This document shows, piece by piece, positions 30,885 to 40,099 of a stretch of 64,000 nucleotides of DNA. The first letter of the stretch is position 1; the number at the start of each line of letters is the position of its first letter. A model generated the notes under the pieces. That model saw only the letters and a program-made list of their open reading frames with translations, did not search any database and was not told the DNA's origin. The position numbers and the translations under genes were made by a program. Source of the DNA: Deltaproteobacteria bacterium (GTDB lineage: Bacteria; Bdellovibrionota_C; UBA2361; JAGFJO01); contig JAGFJO010000044.1 in the NCBI GenBank assembly GCA_024102635.1, positions 26,453-90,452 of the forward strand, written 5' to 3'.

Positions 30885-31307
30885 ATGCGTTCCATAAAGG
30901 CGTTGGTATTTGCACTGATAGTAAGCCTAGCAGCAGCGTATCCACACGATGCGCAGGCCATTAGAGCATGTAAAGCGCTCCCTAAAAAAATCAAGGTTTT
31001 GAAGAAGAGCAGCCAATGCGGCAAGGTCCCAACTGTCGCTCTCAGCGGCACCTGGAAAAATAGCTTCAGTGCCGCATTCCGCTGGGACGACGGCTCTGAA
31101 GACGGGGAAGATCGCAGTCCTTTTGATCTCGACAATCCCGATGCTCAGTCGAGCCCTTACAAAACTCAGCGGCGCATTCGCACAGCCCGGACGGATTACT
31201 TGTGCTATGGCAAGTTCATAAAGCGTGCGGGCTATCCGACACCTGTACAACTTACGATTAAAAAGACTGCCGCTCCTAACTTGAATCGCTTTTGCGTTTC
31301 CTTCTAA
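30885..31307 (+). CDS. Small secreted hypothetical protein
   Basis: MRSIKALVFALIVSLAAAYPHDAQA signal peptide; no family recognised. Confidence 0.35.
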   Translation: MRSIKALVFALIVSLAAAYPHDAQAIRACKALPKKIKVLKKSSQCGKVPTVALSGTWKNSFSAAFRWDDGSEDGEDRSPFDLDNPDAQSSPYKTQRRIRTARTDYLCYGKFIKRAGYPTPVQLTIKKTAAPNLNRFCVSF

Positions 31308-31439
31308 AAGTCGGCTTTTTCCGGCAGATCTTGCTGCTGGAATCATTGATGAAACCGGCAGCTATGCGCGTGATAGCCACCCTTTAAATAGGGCCCTTTT
31401 ATTGATAGTATTCCCGGCGGAACCGTATTTGAGGTTGTC

Positions 31440-32570
31440 ATGCTAAAATCTCCACCAACTGAAGAGATTATTCGTAAAGTGCGCTCTGGTGCTCGTATCG
31501 AGTCACTCGAGGCGCAGCAGCTTTATAACTCATGCGATCTGTTGGAGCTTGGCCAACTTGCTAATATTCAGCGGCAGCGGGCTGTTCCCGGAAATGTCGT
31601 TACCTACCTAGTTGATCGAAATATCAACTATACGAACGTCTGCAACACGGACTGCTCCTTCTGTGCATTTTACAGGCACGACCCAAAAGATCCGGAAAGC
31701 TATGTGCTGCCGCGTGAACTACTAAGCCGCAAGATTGAGGAGGCTCTAGAATGCGGAGCCACCCGAATTCTTCTCCAGGGAGGACATAACGATGAACTCC
31801 CCTACTCCTTCTACGTTGAAATGATTGCGTGGATAAGTAGTAGATACAAAATTCAGCTTAACGCCTTTTCGCCTTCAGAGATTCAGCAGATGGAGCGGAT
31901 CTCGGGTAAGCGGGCGGAAGCGATTCTTTTGGAACTGAAACAGGCCGGCCTAACCGGGCTTCCGGGAGGCGGCGCAGAGATCCTTGATGACGATGTCCGG
32001 CAGCGAGTTAGCCCTAAAAAGATTAGGGCTCGCGAGTGGATTGATATAATGGAGGCAGCACAATCGCTTGATCTGATAACCACGGCCAGCATGGTCATCG
32101 GATTCGGCGAAACGGTAGAGCAGCGGCTCAATCATCTTGAACTTTTACGAGATTTACAGACCCGCACTCGCGCTGCCGGCAAAAGCGGCTTTAACATGTT
32201 CATCTCTTGGACCTTGCAGTTAAATGAAAATACCTCGATGGGACGAAGCCGCCACGCCGGCCGGTACCAGGTCGGAGCTGCCGAGTATCTCAAAAATCTC
32301 TCGCTTGCCAGGATCTACCTCGATAACATAGAACACCACCAGTCAAGCTGGCCCACTCTGGGGCCTGAAATAGCTCAGGTTGGCTTAAATTTCGGGTGTG
32401 ATGACATCGGCAGTACCATGATGGAGGAAAATGTAGTGTCACAGGCGGGTGGCCATACACGTAGCAAGTGGCACATGAGCCCTGAAGAGCTTAGGGGTTA
32501 TATCCGCGGGGCCGGATTTATCCCTGCGGAGCGCGATTCGCTATGCAATATCCTTCGCGCGTTCGACTAG
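31440..32570 (+). CDS. Radical SAM enzyme, MqnC/MqnE-like (futalosine menaquinone pathway) or CofH-like
   Basis: CNTDCSFCAF cluster motif and the overall ~370-aa architecture typical of MqnC/MqnE. Confidence 0.65.
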   Translation: MLKSPPTEEIIRKVRSGARIESLEAQQLYNSCDLLELGQLANIQRQRAVPGNVVTYLVDRNINYTNVCNTDCSFCAFYRHDPKDPESYVLPRELLSRKIEEALECGATRILLQGGHNDELPYSFYVEMIAWISSRYKIQLNAFSPSEIQQMERISGKRAEAILLELKQAGLTGLPGGGAEILDDDVRQRVSPKKIRAREWIDIMEAAQSLDLITTASMVIGFGETVEQRLNHLELLRDLQTRTRAAGKSGFNMFISWTLQLNENTSMGRSRHAGRYQVGAAEYLKNLSLARIYLDNIEHHQSSWPTLGPEIAQVGLNFGCDDIGSTMMEENVVSQAGGHTRSKWHMSPEELRGYIRGAGFIPAERDSLCNILRAFD

Positions 32571-32606
32571 CTTAGGTTTGACCAGGCGCAGATCCGGCCC
32601 GTTCCC

Positions 32607-33410
32607 TTAATCCCGGGCAGAAGCTATTTTTTTGGCGGCGCTCTGCATTGTGCAGGCGTGATGCACGGTAGTGGGCATCTTTCTCAAAACCTTCAGCAAA
32701 TCTTCCGAGTCGAAGGGCTTTTTTAGAAACCCGGCTATAGTTTCTCCTTCGAACTCCTGCATTACCTGACGGTCCGAGTACCCGCTCATCAGTAGTACTC
32801 TAACCTCGGGATCAATCGCTTTAAGCCGCGCAAATACCAGATTTCCTCTTATATAGGGCATAGTAAGATCCAGTAGCACGCTATGAATCCTGCTGCGCTG
32901 ATCTTCGAAGATTTTGATCCCCTCTTTGCCGCTTCCCGTGGCCACGACTCTGAATCCGGCCCGTTCAAGTATCGCTGTGCTGACGTTCCGCACCACCTCC
33001 TCGTCGTCAATTACGAGGATCGTGTCTACCTCCCCCTCCAGACTGCTGAAGCTTTCTTGGATTCTCTTGAGCAGTCTAGGCGGGAGCTGCAGTGCAGCAT
33101 CGCTCTCTTGCATCACATACTGTGAAATCTCGCCGCTCTCTTCCAAATGATGAAGTTTAGCGGTAAGGCGGGTGCACCGTTCGGCACATCTAATTATCTC
33201 GTCTACAAGTCCTACCGCGGAGGGCTTCACGTGCTTTTCCTCCAGAAGGAAGCGCGCATTGCCAATAATCCCTACGAGAAGGTTGTTAAAATCATTCGCA
33301 AGATCGAGCAGCATTTCCTTTATCTCGGAATTGCTGTAAATTTTCCCACTAGTTTTAACGGGTGCTTTTTCATCGCTCATATTCTCATCGCTCATATTTT
33401 CATCGCTCAT
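32607..33410 (-). CDS. Response regulator: N-terminal helical, degenerate HisKA-like domain plus C-terminal receiver
   Basis: Receiver ILVIDDEEVVRN...LLDLTMPY...; N-terminal MSDENMSDENMSDEK; HisKA-like LLDLANDFNNLLVGIIGNARFLL lacking His; ATG at 33410 with a GAGG RBS (the track TTG at 33425 is unlikely). Confidence 0.7.
   Translation of the reverse strand: MSDENMSDENMSDEKAPVKTSGKIYSNSEIKEMLLDLANDFNNLLVGIIGNARFLLEEKHVKPSAVGLVDEIIRCAERCTRLTAKLHHLEESGEISQYVMQESDAALQLPPRLLKRIQESFSSLEGEVDTILVIDDEEVVRNVSTAILERAGFRVVATGSGKEGIKIFEDQRSRIHSVLLDLTMPYIRGNLVFARLKAIDPEVRVLLMSGYSDRQVMQEFEGETIAGFLKKPFDSEDLLKVLRKMPTTVHHACTMQSAAKKIASARD
33371..33410. repeat. 15-bp in-frame tandem repeat CATCGCTCATATTYT x2.7 at the 5' end of the response-regulator gene
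   Basis: Direct inspection; encodes (MSDEN)n. Confidence 0.8.
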
Positions 33411-33430
33411 AAGAGTGCGCCTCAAAAATT

Positions 33431-33476
33431 ATGACCAAGAACAACGCATGACCAAGAACGAAGCATGACCATAAGG
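33431..33476. promoter_or_regulatory. Three direct repeats ATGACCAAGAAC / ATGACCAAGAAC / ATGACCATAAGG with 17-bp period upstream of the response-regulator gene
   Basis: Direct inspection; located -21 to -66 relative to the regulator start codon. Confidence 0.35.
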
Positions 33477-33728
33477 AGATGAACAAGCTGCGCAGAAGTT
33501 AATGGCAAGAACTAAAGGCAAAACGGAGCACAGGTATCGAAACTTGTTTCGTGCAATTCCGTGCCGCGCCTACTTCTTTCTAAGCTACTTCTGTATAACT
33601 ACTTATAACTGGAATACTGCTGAACCTGAGGAGTGAACCTTTTTTTGTTGAAGAACTCAGTCTAGCAAAGTGAAGCAGAGTTGTTAAACTAAAATTGGCT
33701 TCGGGTTAGAATTTAGAATAAATATTCT

Positions 33729-34730
33729 ATGGAAAAAAAACTAAAGCGCTCGTTAACAGGCATCAGAGCCAGCGGTAATGTACATCTCGGTAACTATCTT
33801 GGCGCGATTAAACCCGCTCTCGAGCGTCAAGCTGATTATCAGTGCCTCTACTTCATTGCGGATCTTCATGCGCTAACCACGACTAAGGATCCGCAGCTGC
33901 TCCGTTCGTCAACTCTTGATCTTGTCGCTACTTGGCTGGCATTGGGGCTCGATGTGACTCGAAACCTGCTTTACCGCCAATCGGATGTTCCAATGGTCAC
34001 CGAATTCGCGTGGTACCTTAGCAGCTGTACCGGCCTCGGCTTGCTTGAGAAAAGTCATGCCTACAAAGACGCATTAGCGAATGACAAAGAGGTGAATCAC
34101 GCCACCTTCGCCTATCCGGTGCTAATGGCCGCCGATATTTTGATGTACGATGTTGATATCGTGCCTGTGGGTAAGGATCAAAAGCAGCATGTTGAAATGG
34201 CGCGGGACATGGCTGGCTCATTCAATGCTGTTTATGGAGCACCGATAATCAAGCTGCCACAGCCGGTCATTGAGGAGAGCGTTATGCTAATCCCGGGGCT
34301 TGATGGTAGAAAGATGTCCAAATCTTATGGCAACGAGATTCCACTGTTTACGGCAGAAAATCAGCTTAAGAAGTTGGTGATGTCCATCAAAACTGACTCA
34401 ACGCCGCTAGAGGAACCTAAGATGCTCTCCGGTTCATTATTAGGGGACCTGTTTAAAGTTTTTGCGGATACCGCTACGTATGACGATCTGGAAGGACGGC
34501 TCGCTAAAGGAGGGCTTGGTTGGGGACACGCAAAGGCAGAGCTGTTCGAAGTGATCAATCAGGAGCTCAAAGAACCTCGCGCCAGATACTTCGAATTAAG
34601 AAAGGATGAATCCTCGCTGATTAGGCTGTTAAAGGATGGTGCACAGCGGGCTATTGAGATCGGTCAGCCGGTCTTGAACCGGGTGCGGGAAGCTATCGGA
34701 TTCCCGAGCAGGAGCTACAAACCCGCCTAG
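33729..34730 (+). CDS. trpS: Tryptophan--tRNA ligase
   Basis: VHLGNYLG (HIGH-type) and KMSKS motifs. Confidence 0.9.
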   Translation: MEKKLKRSLTGIRASGNVHLGNYLGAIKPALERQADYQCLYFIADLHALTTTKDPQLLRSSTLDLVATWLALGLDVTRNLLYRQSDVPMVTEFAWYLSSCTGLGLLEKSHAYKDALANDKEVNHATFAYPVLMAADILMYDVDIVPVGKDQKQHVEMARDMAGSFNAVYGAPIIKLPQPVIEESVMLIPGLDGRKMSKSYGNEIPLFTAENQLKKLVMSIKTDSTPLEEPKMLSGSLLGDLFKVFADTATYDDLEGRLAKGGLGWGHAKAELFEVINQELKEPRARYFELRKDESSLIRLLKDGAQRAIEIGQPVLNRVREAIGFPSRSYKPA

Positions 34731-34823
34731 ATTGGTTATTCCACGCCAAGCTTATGATTCTGTTGTAAAAACTTCGCTGCCTCCGGCAGGCTGTTGCAAA
34801 ATTCAAGGGCAGTGCTTATCTGA

Positions 34824-35057
34824 TTGGTTATGGACGAATCAAAGGACCCAAATCCGGATAGTGACAAGGCTCGCAAAGAGGGCAATTTTTGTATCGCTAC
34901 CGGGCTAGGCGTAGGAGCTGTAGGCGTAACATCGGCATTAGCGGCCGGGGTAGTATGCCCGCTTTGCTATGTTGTGCCGCCGGTGTTGATCGGAATGGGG
35001 CTTATCCGCCGAAGGCAATGTGGCGGCCCTAAAAAGCCCGGCGATTCAGAGGACTGA
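34824..35057 (+). CDS. Small hypothetical membrane protein with CPLC motif
   Basis: 77-aa ORF with one hydrophobic helix; may be spurious. Confidence 0.25.
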   Translation: MVMDESKDPNPDSDKARKEGNFCIATGLGVGAVGVTSALAAGVVCPLCYVVPPVLIGMGLIRRRQCGGPKKPGDSED

Positions 35058-35083
35058 ACTAGCTAGTTTACCGACGAACCGTA

Positions 35084-35947
35084 TTAGCCTCCCAAGAGCT
35101 GGAGCGCTAGCTGTGGCTGCTGGTTAGCCTGTGCAAGAATTGCGGTTCCTGCCTGCTGCAGAATCGTTAAGCGAGTCAGTTCTGCAGCTTCGAATGCGAC
35201 GTCCACGTCGCGAATTCGGCTCTCCGCTGCTGAGAAGTTCTCCCTAGCAATCTGCAAATTTTCAATTGTTGTGGCAAGTCTACTCTCCGCAGCACCCAAA
35301 GTACCGCGATTTCGAGTAACCGAGACTATCGCTGTGTTAACCGCATCGAGCGCCTGCCGTGCTGCGGACTGTGACAGCTCGTCCGTTGCGCCGGTGATTG
35401 AGTATGTGTGTACCGATGAGTTGGGCGAAGCTAGCCCCAAGGCCGCGAGAGTCGCTTGTACTCCCGAGTACATGACCTGCGAGAGGGAGCTTCCGTCAAA
35501 CCCCACCTGAAAAGTTACATTTCCCCCTCCGCTGAGCAGATAGAGCCCGTTAAACTCTGTAGTGACAGCGATACGCTCTACCTCGCTCATAAGAGCGCTA
35601 AACTCAAGCTGCAGCGCCGATCGCTGGCCATTGCTGAAAACTCCGTTAGCTGATTGCTCGGCAAGTTCTGCCAGACGGCTTAGAACGTTTGTTATCTGGC
35701 CAATTGCGCCGTCGGTAATGGCAATAACCGAAATGCCGTCATTTGCATTTCGAATCGCCACTGTTGCTACCCGTGCGTCGGCTTTCAGGCTCTCGGCGAT
35801 TGCGAGTCCGGCTGCGTCATCCTTTGCCCTGTTGATTCTTAAACCGGAAGAGAGCCTCTCGTATGCGGTCCTGAGTCTCTCAGTTGACAGCCCGATGTTC
35901 CTCTGGGCTGCTAATGATGGTAAGTTAGTCCTAATATTGAGTGTCAT
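35084..35947 (-). CDS. fliC: Flagellin, short 287-aa type
   Basis: N-terminus MTLNIRTNLPSLAAQRNIG...LSSGLRINRAKDDAAGLAIAESL and C-terminus ESRIRDVDVAFEAAELTRLTILQQAG...LAQANQQPQLALQLLGG. Confidence 0.85.
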   Translation of the reverse strand: MTLNIRTNLPSLAAQRNIGLSTERLRTAYERLSSGLRINRAKDDAAGLAIAESLKADARVATVAIRNANDGISVIAITDGAIGQITNVLSRLAELAEQSANGVFSNGQRSALQLEFSALMSEVERIAVTTEFNGLYLLSGGGNVTFQVGFDGSSLSQVMYSGVQATLAALGLASPNSSVHTYSITGATDELSQSAARQALDAVNTAIVSVTRNRGTLGAAESRLATTIENLQIARENFSAAESRIRDVDVAFEAAELTRLTILQQAGTAILAQANQQPQLALQLLGG

Positions 35948-36064
35948 TTGCTACCATCCTTTTGGTATTTACCGCTTAATCCTGTTCAACAGTTTACCTC
36001 CAGTTTTACTTCTCATAGCGGGAGCGAGACTCACTATGGAGCGGCGCTCCCGCCGCGGGCTTCA

Positions 36065-36928
36065 TTATCCACCGAGCAGCTGCAGCGCGAGCTGCGGCTG
36101 AGCGTTAGCCTGCGCCAAGACGGCTGCGCCGGCCTGTTGCAGAATGTTAATTCTCGTTAGCTCAGCGGCCTCAGATGCTACATCAACATCCCGGATGCGG
36201 CTCTCGGCAGCCTTAAAGTTTTCGCGGGCCACTTGCAGGTTACTGATAGTAACCTCGAGCCGGCTTTCAGCCGCCCCCAAAGTACCTCTGTTCCGGGTAA
36301 TCGAAACGATAGCAGCATTAATTGCATCAAGGGCCAACCGAGAGGCGCTTTGCGAGAGAATGTCGGTCGAGTCAATAATTGAGTAGGTAACCGCCGAGGT
36401 TCCAGCTGGTGCTAACCCGAGCGCAGCAAGGGTTGTTTCTACTCCGGTGTATGACACTTGCGAAGTCGAAGCAGCATCGAAGCCGACCTGGAAAACCACC
36501 GTACCGGCGCCGCTCAGCAGTTTGAGTCCGTTGAATTCAGTAGTGAATGCGATACGCTCAATCTCACTTGTCAACGCGGTGAACTCGTTAGCAAGGGCTG
36601 ATCTCTGCGTATTACCGTACACACCGTTAGCCGATTGCTCGGCCAGCTCTGCAAGTCGGGTGAGAACGTTTCCAATTTGGCCGATCGCTTGATCGGCAAT
36701 GGAGATTATGGAGATACCGTCGCTGGCATTTCTGATAGCCACCGTGGCTACACGAGAATCGGCCTTCAAGCTCTCGGCGATAGAGAGACCGGCCGCGTCG
36801 TCGCGAGCGCGATTTATCCGGAGACCTGACGATAACCGCTCATAGGCGGTGTTCAATAATCCCGTCGAAGCGTCGAGGTTGCGCTGCGCTATGAGTGAAG
36901 GAACGTTGGTGCGAATATTGATTGCCAT
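36065..36928 (-). CDS. fliC: Flagellin paralogue (287 aa), in tandem
   Basis: MAINIRTNVPSLIAQRNL...; conserved D0/D1 termini; about 60% identical to the neighbour. Confidence 0.85.
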   Translation of the reverse strand: MAINIRTNVPSLIAQRNLDASTGLLNTAYERLSSGLRINRARDDAAGLSIAESLKADSRVATVAIRNASDGISIISIADQAIGQIGNVLTRLAELAEQSANGVYGNTQRSALANEFTALTSEIERIAFTTEFNGLKLLSGAGTVVFQVGFDAASTSQVSYTGVETTLAALGLAPAGTSAVTYSIIDSTDILSQSASRLALDAINAAIVSITRNRGTLGAAESRLEVTISNLQVARENFKAAESRIRDVDVASEAAELTRINILQQAGAAVLAQANAQPQLALQLLGG

Positions 36929-37112
36929 TGCCTGCTCTCCTTGGCGATTACGTTAAGACTGCCTCCCAAAAGTGAGATCCGATCGCTCTTAAAATCTAAT
37001 TGACTGCCAAAACTTCTCGCGCTTGCTGTGAGCTTTTTTCCACATCACGAGCTCAATGCACTCTAGTGCAAACCGCTTGCCAACTTAAAAAGGTCCCCCA
37101 TTTTAATTTGAA

Positions 37113-38027
37113 TCAACCTTGAAATTTCTGCTCAAACTCGCGCTTGTACCGCAGGACACGCATTACGTATTCACGTGTAGAATCGGGAAGGTAGGGTGCA
37201 ATATCCTCGTAGCGAGAGGGATCGTTGCCGCGCCTAACAGCACGTGCTTGAGCGGAGGCCACTCGACCCTCCCCTGCGTTGAACGCAGCAACGGCAAGTT
37301 TTTCCAGCGAGGAGGAATTTGCCGCCGGTATAGTTTTCAGCTCATTAGGTAGAGCAGTATCTTTGGAGAATATTTCATGAAGATAACGAAGATAACTTAC
37401 CCCGAGTTGGACGTTGAGTTTCGGATCAAAGGGGTTGTACTCTTTTTCGATATTGGAGCGCTCGAGCAGAGTGTGCCCGGTGCTATCGAGAAGTTGAAAT
37501 AGTCCCTTGCTGCTGAAACCATCGCTACTAACGGCGTTATGGTCAAAGGAGGACTCTTGTGCGACTACTGCCATGCTGAGCGCGGGATTAATCCCCTGCT
37601 CCAGCCCTACCTCTTCTATCAATGTGCGTACTTTTTCGACCCTCTCACTATGCTTAAGTCCTGCAAATGAATCCGCCTCTCTCTCAATGCGGCGGGCATC
37701 GACAATGGTTGGAGTTTTGACACCCTCCGATGTTTTATCGTTGGGTATCTCGGAAGGTATAAGTGGCTGAAGTTCCAATTCAAGGATACGAAGGCGGTTG
37801 TTAGATAACCTTGCATGGGCCTCTTCCAGCGCAGGATCTTCTGTTTCCGGACGCACACTCTTCGGCGGCAAGGTCTCAATTTGGCTAAGTTTTTCCTTGA
37901 AGCGTGGAGAGATGCTGGCAAGGATGTCCTGAAAGCCGGAGGATGTCGGCTCCTTGACATTCGCCTTAGCGGGCGAATCCACTAAACGTTTAATATCCTT
38001 GAATAAAGAATCGAAATTTATCCGCAT
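37113..38027 (-). CDS. Lytic transglycosylase (SLT domain) protein
   Basis: AVVAQESSFDHNAVSSDGFSSKGLFQL catalytic motif (ES...GLMQ-type); ATG at 38027. Confidence 0.7.
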   Translation of the reverse strand: MRINFDSLFKDIKRLVDSPAKANVKEPTSSGFQDILASISPRFKEKLSQIETLPPKSVRPETEDPALEEAHARLSNNRLRILELELQPLIPSEIPNDKTSEGVKTPTIVDARRIEREADSFAGLKHSERVEKVRTLIEEVGLEQGINPALSMAVVAQESSFDHNAVSSDGFSSKGLFQLLDSTGHTLLERSNIEKEYNPFDPKLNVQLGVSYLRYLHEIFSKDTALPNELKTIPAANSSSLEKLAVAAFNAGEGRVASAQARAVRRGNDPSRYEDIAPYLPDSTREYVMRVLRYKREFEQKFQG

Positions 38028-38165
38028 GAGCACCGCCAAATGGTTCTGGTGAGCTAAATTGCACGTTCTGGGCCATCACCAGCACCGGATTGTTAAGCAG
38101 CTCAAGTCGACCTTCCTCCCTAACCGACAATAGAAACAGGGGAATAAGACTAGGCGACGAACGGA

Positions 38166-40040
38166 ATGGGAAGCTCTCAGCTCTTTAACAAAGGCGAACT
38201 TTTCGCTGAACGTTACAAGATCGAGCGCCACGTGGGTGATGGCGGTATGGGCGATGTGTACCTAGCACTAGATCTATTTTTAAACGAACAGCCGGTAGCC
38301 ATAAAAATAATCCAGCCCGACCTTCACAAAGATCCTTTGATAGCTCATCGATTCATGCGGGAGGTACAGATAGCCCGCGGCATTACGGATCGGCGCGTTG
38401 TGCGCACCTACGAATGTGGAGAGGTTGAAGGCAAGCTTTACCTCATAATGGAATTTGCGGATGGCGCTACGCTCAAGGAGATTCTAGCAGACGGCCCGAT
38501 GGATTGGGTGTCAGGTGCTAAAGTGGCTTACGATCTCTGCATCGGACTTTCGGCCATTCATGCCGCTGGAGTTATTCATCGAGATCTTAAGTCCAGCAAT
38601 GTCATTCTGACTTATGATGGACAGACGAAGATTTGCGATTTCGGAATTGCCCGTCCCAATCAGTCAGAATTGACGACCGGCGGCCAGATAATCGGCAGTG
38701 CGCAGTACATGGCACCGGAACTTTGGAGTGGCTCCGATGTGTCTTTCGCTGCTGACCTCTATGCTCTTGGGGTCCTTCTTTTTGAAATCGTCTCGGGTAC
38801 ATGTCCATTTTGCTCGGAGATCCCGGCGCAGCTAATGTACCATCATCTTTCAACCCAGCCGACATTCAGTGTCCAGACTATCGATACTACTCCCTCAGAG
38901 ATGCGCGAGTTGATTGTAAAACTGCTTGAAAAAGACCCGAAGCGGCGGCCCTCCATTCGAGAAGTGATGAAAGGGCTGGGAGAGATCCTGCTTAAAGCCG
39001 GAATTCCCCTTCCCGCTGTGTCATCCGAGTCCATTACCTTCCCCTCCTCCGGCAGCAACAAAATCAACCTTGATATCGCCGTTGATGCTCCACCTCCCAT
39101 TTTCTCATCGGCCACATTTGGGACAAGCGGTGCTCACTCATCAATCAGGACCTCCATCATTCAAAGCATGCTTATTAACGAGCAAAGGCGCCCCATAAAA
39201 GATTGGAAGATAGCCATAGTTGTCTGGTTGGCGATCATAGGCTACCTGGCCTTCATTGCATATGAAAAGCGGCATTCAGAGCAAGGCGCATTCAATCCCT
39301 TCCTGCAACAGGGGAAAGCAAAGGAGGTTTCGCCCTTTGAGCTACTAGCTCATTTCTCTGCTGAGACGTTACAATTAAGTGCAGGTTCCGCGGTCCCCGG
39401 CATTTCGGCCATCAATGCCAGTGCTCTCTCTCTCTCCCAGGCGGACGAGAGCTTCCGGCCCTCGTTAGAGATCCTTGAACTTAAAAGCGGCAGTCAACTT
39501 CCTGTATTACGCTTTGACGGAAACAATTATCTGGCGGGGGACGGACTGGCACGCAAAATCCGCTCGTTGAACGCGGTGAGTGTAGTGCTGATAGGAAGAA
39601 TGGAGCCGTCGCATCAGCTCGCCACCCTCTGGTCGATAGAACAAGGAAACGAGTATTCTGTAGCTCACATTCAGCAAGATCCTCATGGGAGAGTGATCCT
39701 GCGTGCAGGATCGAGTGTTGAAGGAAATACGGACGCGGTAGCCGGGCCGATCGATCTAACAGATTTATCTATTGTAACTTCGATAATTGACCCCGCTAAA
39801 GCGCGCCTTTTTATTAACGGTAAGCCAACCGTCGAATACTACATAAAGAATCATATTCGCTTTTATGAGTCAGCATTTTTTAGCGTTGGACAAAGCTACA
39901 CCAATAATCAAAAAACGCACTTCCTGAAGGGGGATATCGCTGAAATTTTAATCTTCTCAGGAGTGCTTCCTGAGGAGCAGCGGCTTGATTTGGAGAGGGA
40001 GTTGGCTGGAAGATATTCAATCCAGATACTCTCAGATTAG
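38166..40040 (+). CDS. Hanks-type Ser/Thr protein kinase with TM segment and extracellular LamG (Laminin_G_3) domain
   Basis: HRDLKSSNVIL, DFGIAR and APE motifs; TM IAIVVWLAIIGYLAFIAY; C-terminal FLKGDIAEILIFSGVLPEEQ LamG-like signature. Confidence 0.8.
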   Translation: MGSSQLFNKGELFAERYKIERHVGDGGMGDVYLALDLFLNEQPVAIKIIQPDLHKDPLIAHRFMREVQIARGITDRRVVRTYECGEVEGKLYLIMEFADGATLKEILADGPMDWVSGAKVAYDLCIGLSAIHAAGVIHRDLKSSNVILTYDGQTKICDFGIARPNQSELTTGGQIIGSAQYMAPELWSGSDVSFAADLYALGVLLFEIVSGTCPFCSEIPAQLMYHHLSTQPTFSVQTIDTTPSEMRELIVKLLEKDPKRRPSIREVMKGLGEILLKAGIPLPAVSSESITFPSSGSNKINLDIAVDAPPPIFSSATFGTSGAHSSIRTSIIQSMLINEQRRPIKDWKIAIVVWLAIIGYLAFIAYEKRHSEQGAFNPFLQQGKAKEVSPFELLAHFSAETLQLSAGSAVPGISAINASALSLSQADESFRPSLEILELKSGSQLPVLRFDGNNYLAGDGLARKIRSLNAVSVVLIGRMEPSHQLATLWSIEQGNEYSVAHIQQDPHGRVILRAGSSVEGNTDAVAGPIDLTDLSIVTSIIDPAKARLFINGKPTVEYYIKNHIRFYESAFFSVGQSYTNNQKTHFLKGDIAEILIFSGVLPEEQRLDLERELAGRYSIQILSD

Positions 40041-40099
40041 CTCGTCGCCCTGCAAACGGAGCCTAAGGCGCAGGCGGATAACGTTTTCTACAGAGCATA

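Noticed and set aside
33147-33434. 95-aa plus-strand ORF overlapping the response-regulator 5' end and the repeat boxes
   Set aside because: Overlaps a well-supported minus-strand gene start and the 15-bp repeat; no RBS; the sequence is dominated by reverse-complemented repeat units.
35948-37112. Sigma-28 (FliA) promoters upstream of the two flagellin genes
   Set aside because: I found TAAA-N15-GGTAAAT-like and TTAAC...GCCAAGGA-like segments, but neither matches the TAAA-N15-GCCGATAA consensus convincingly, so no promoter is called.
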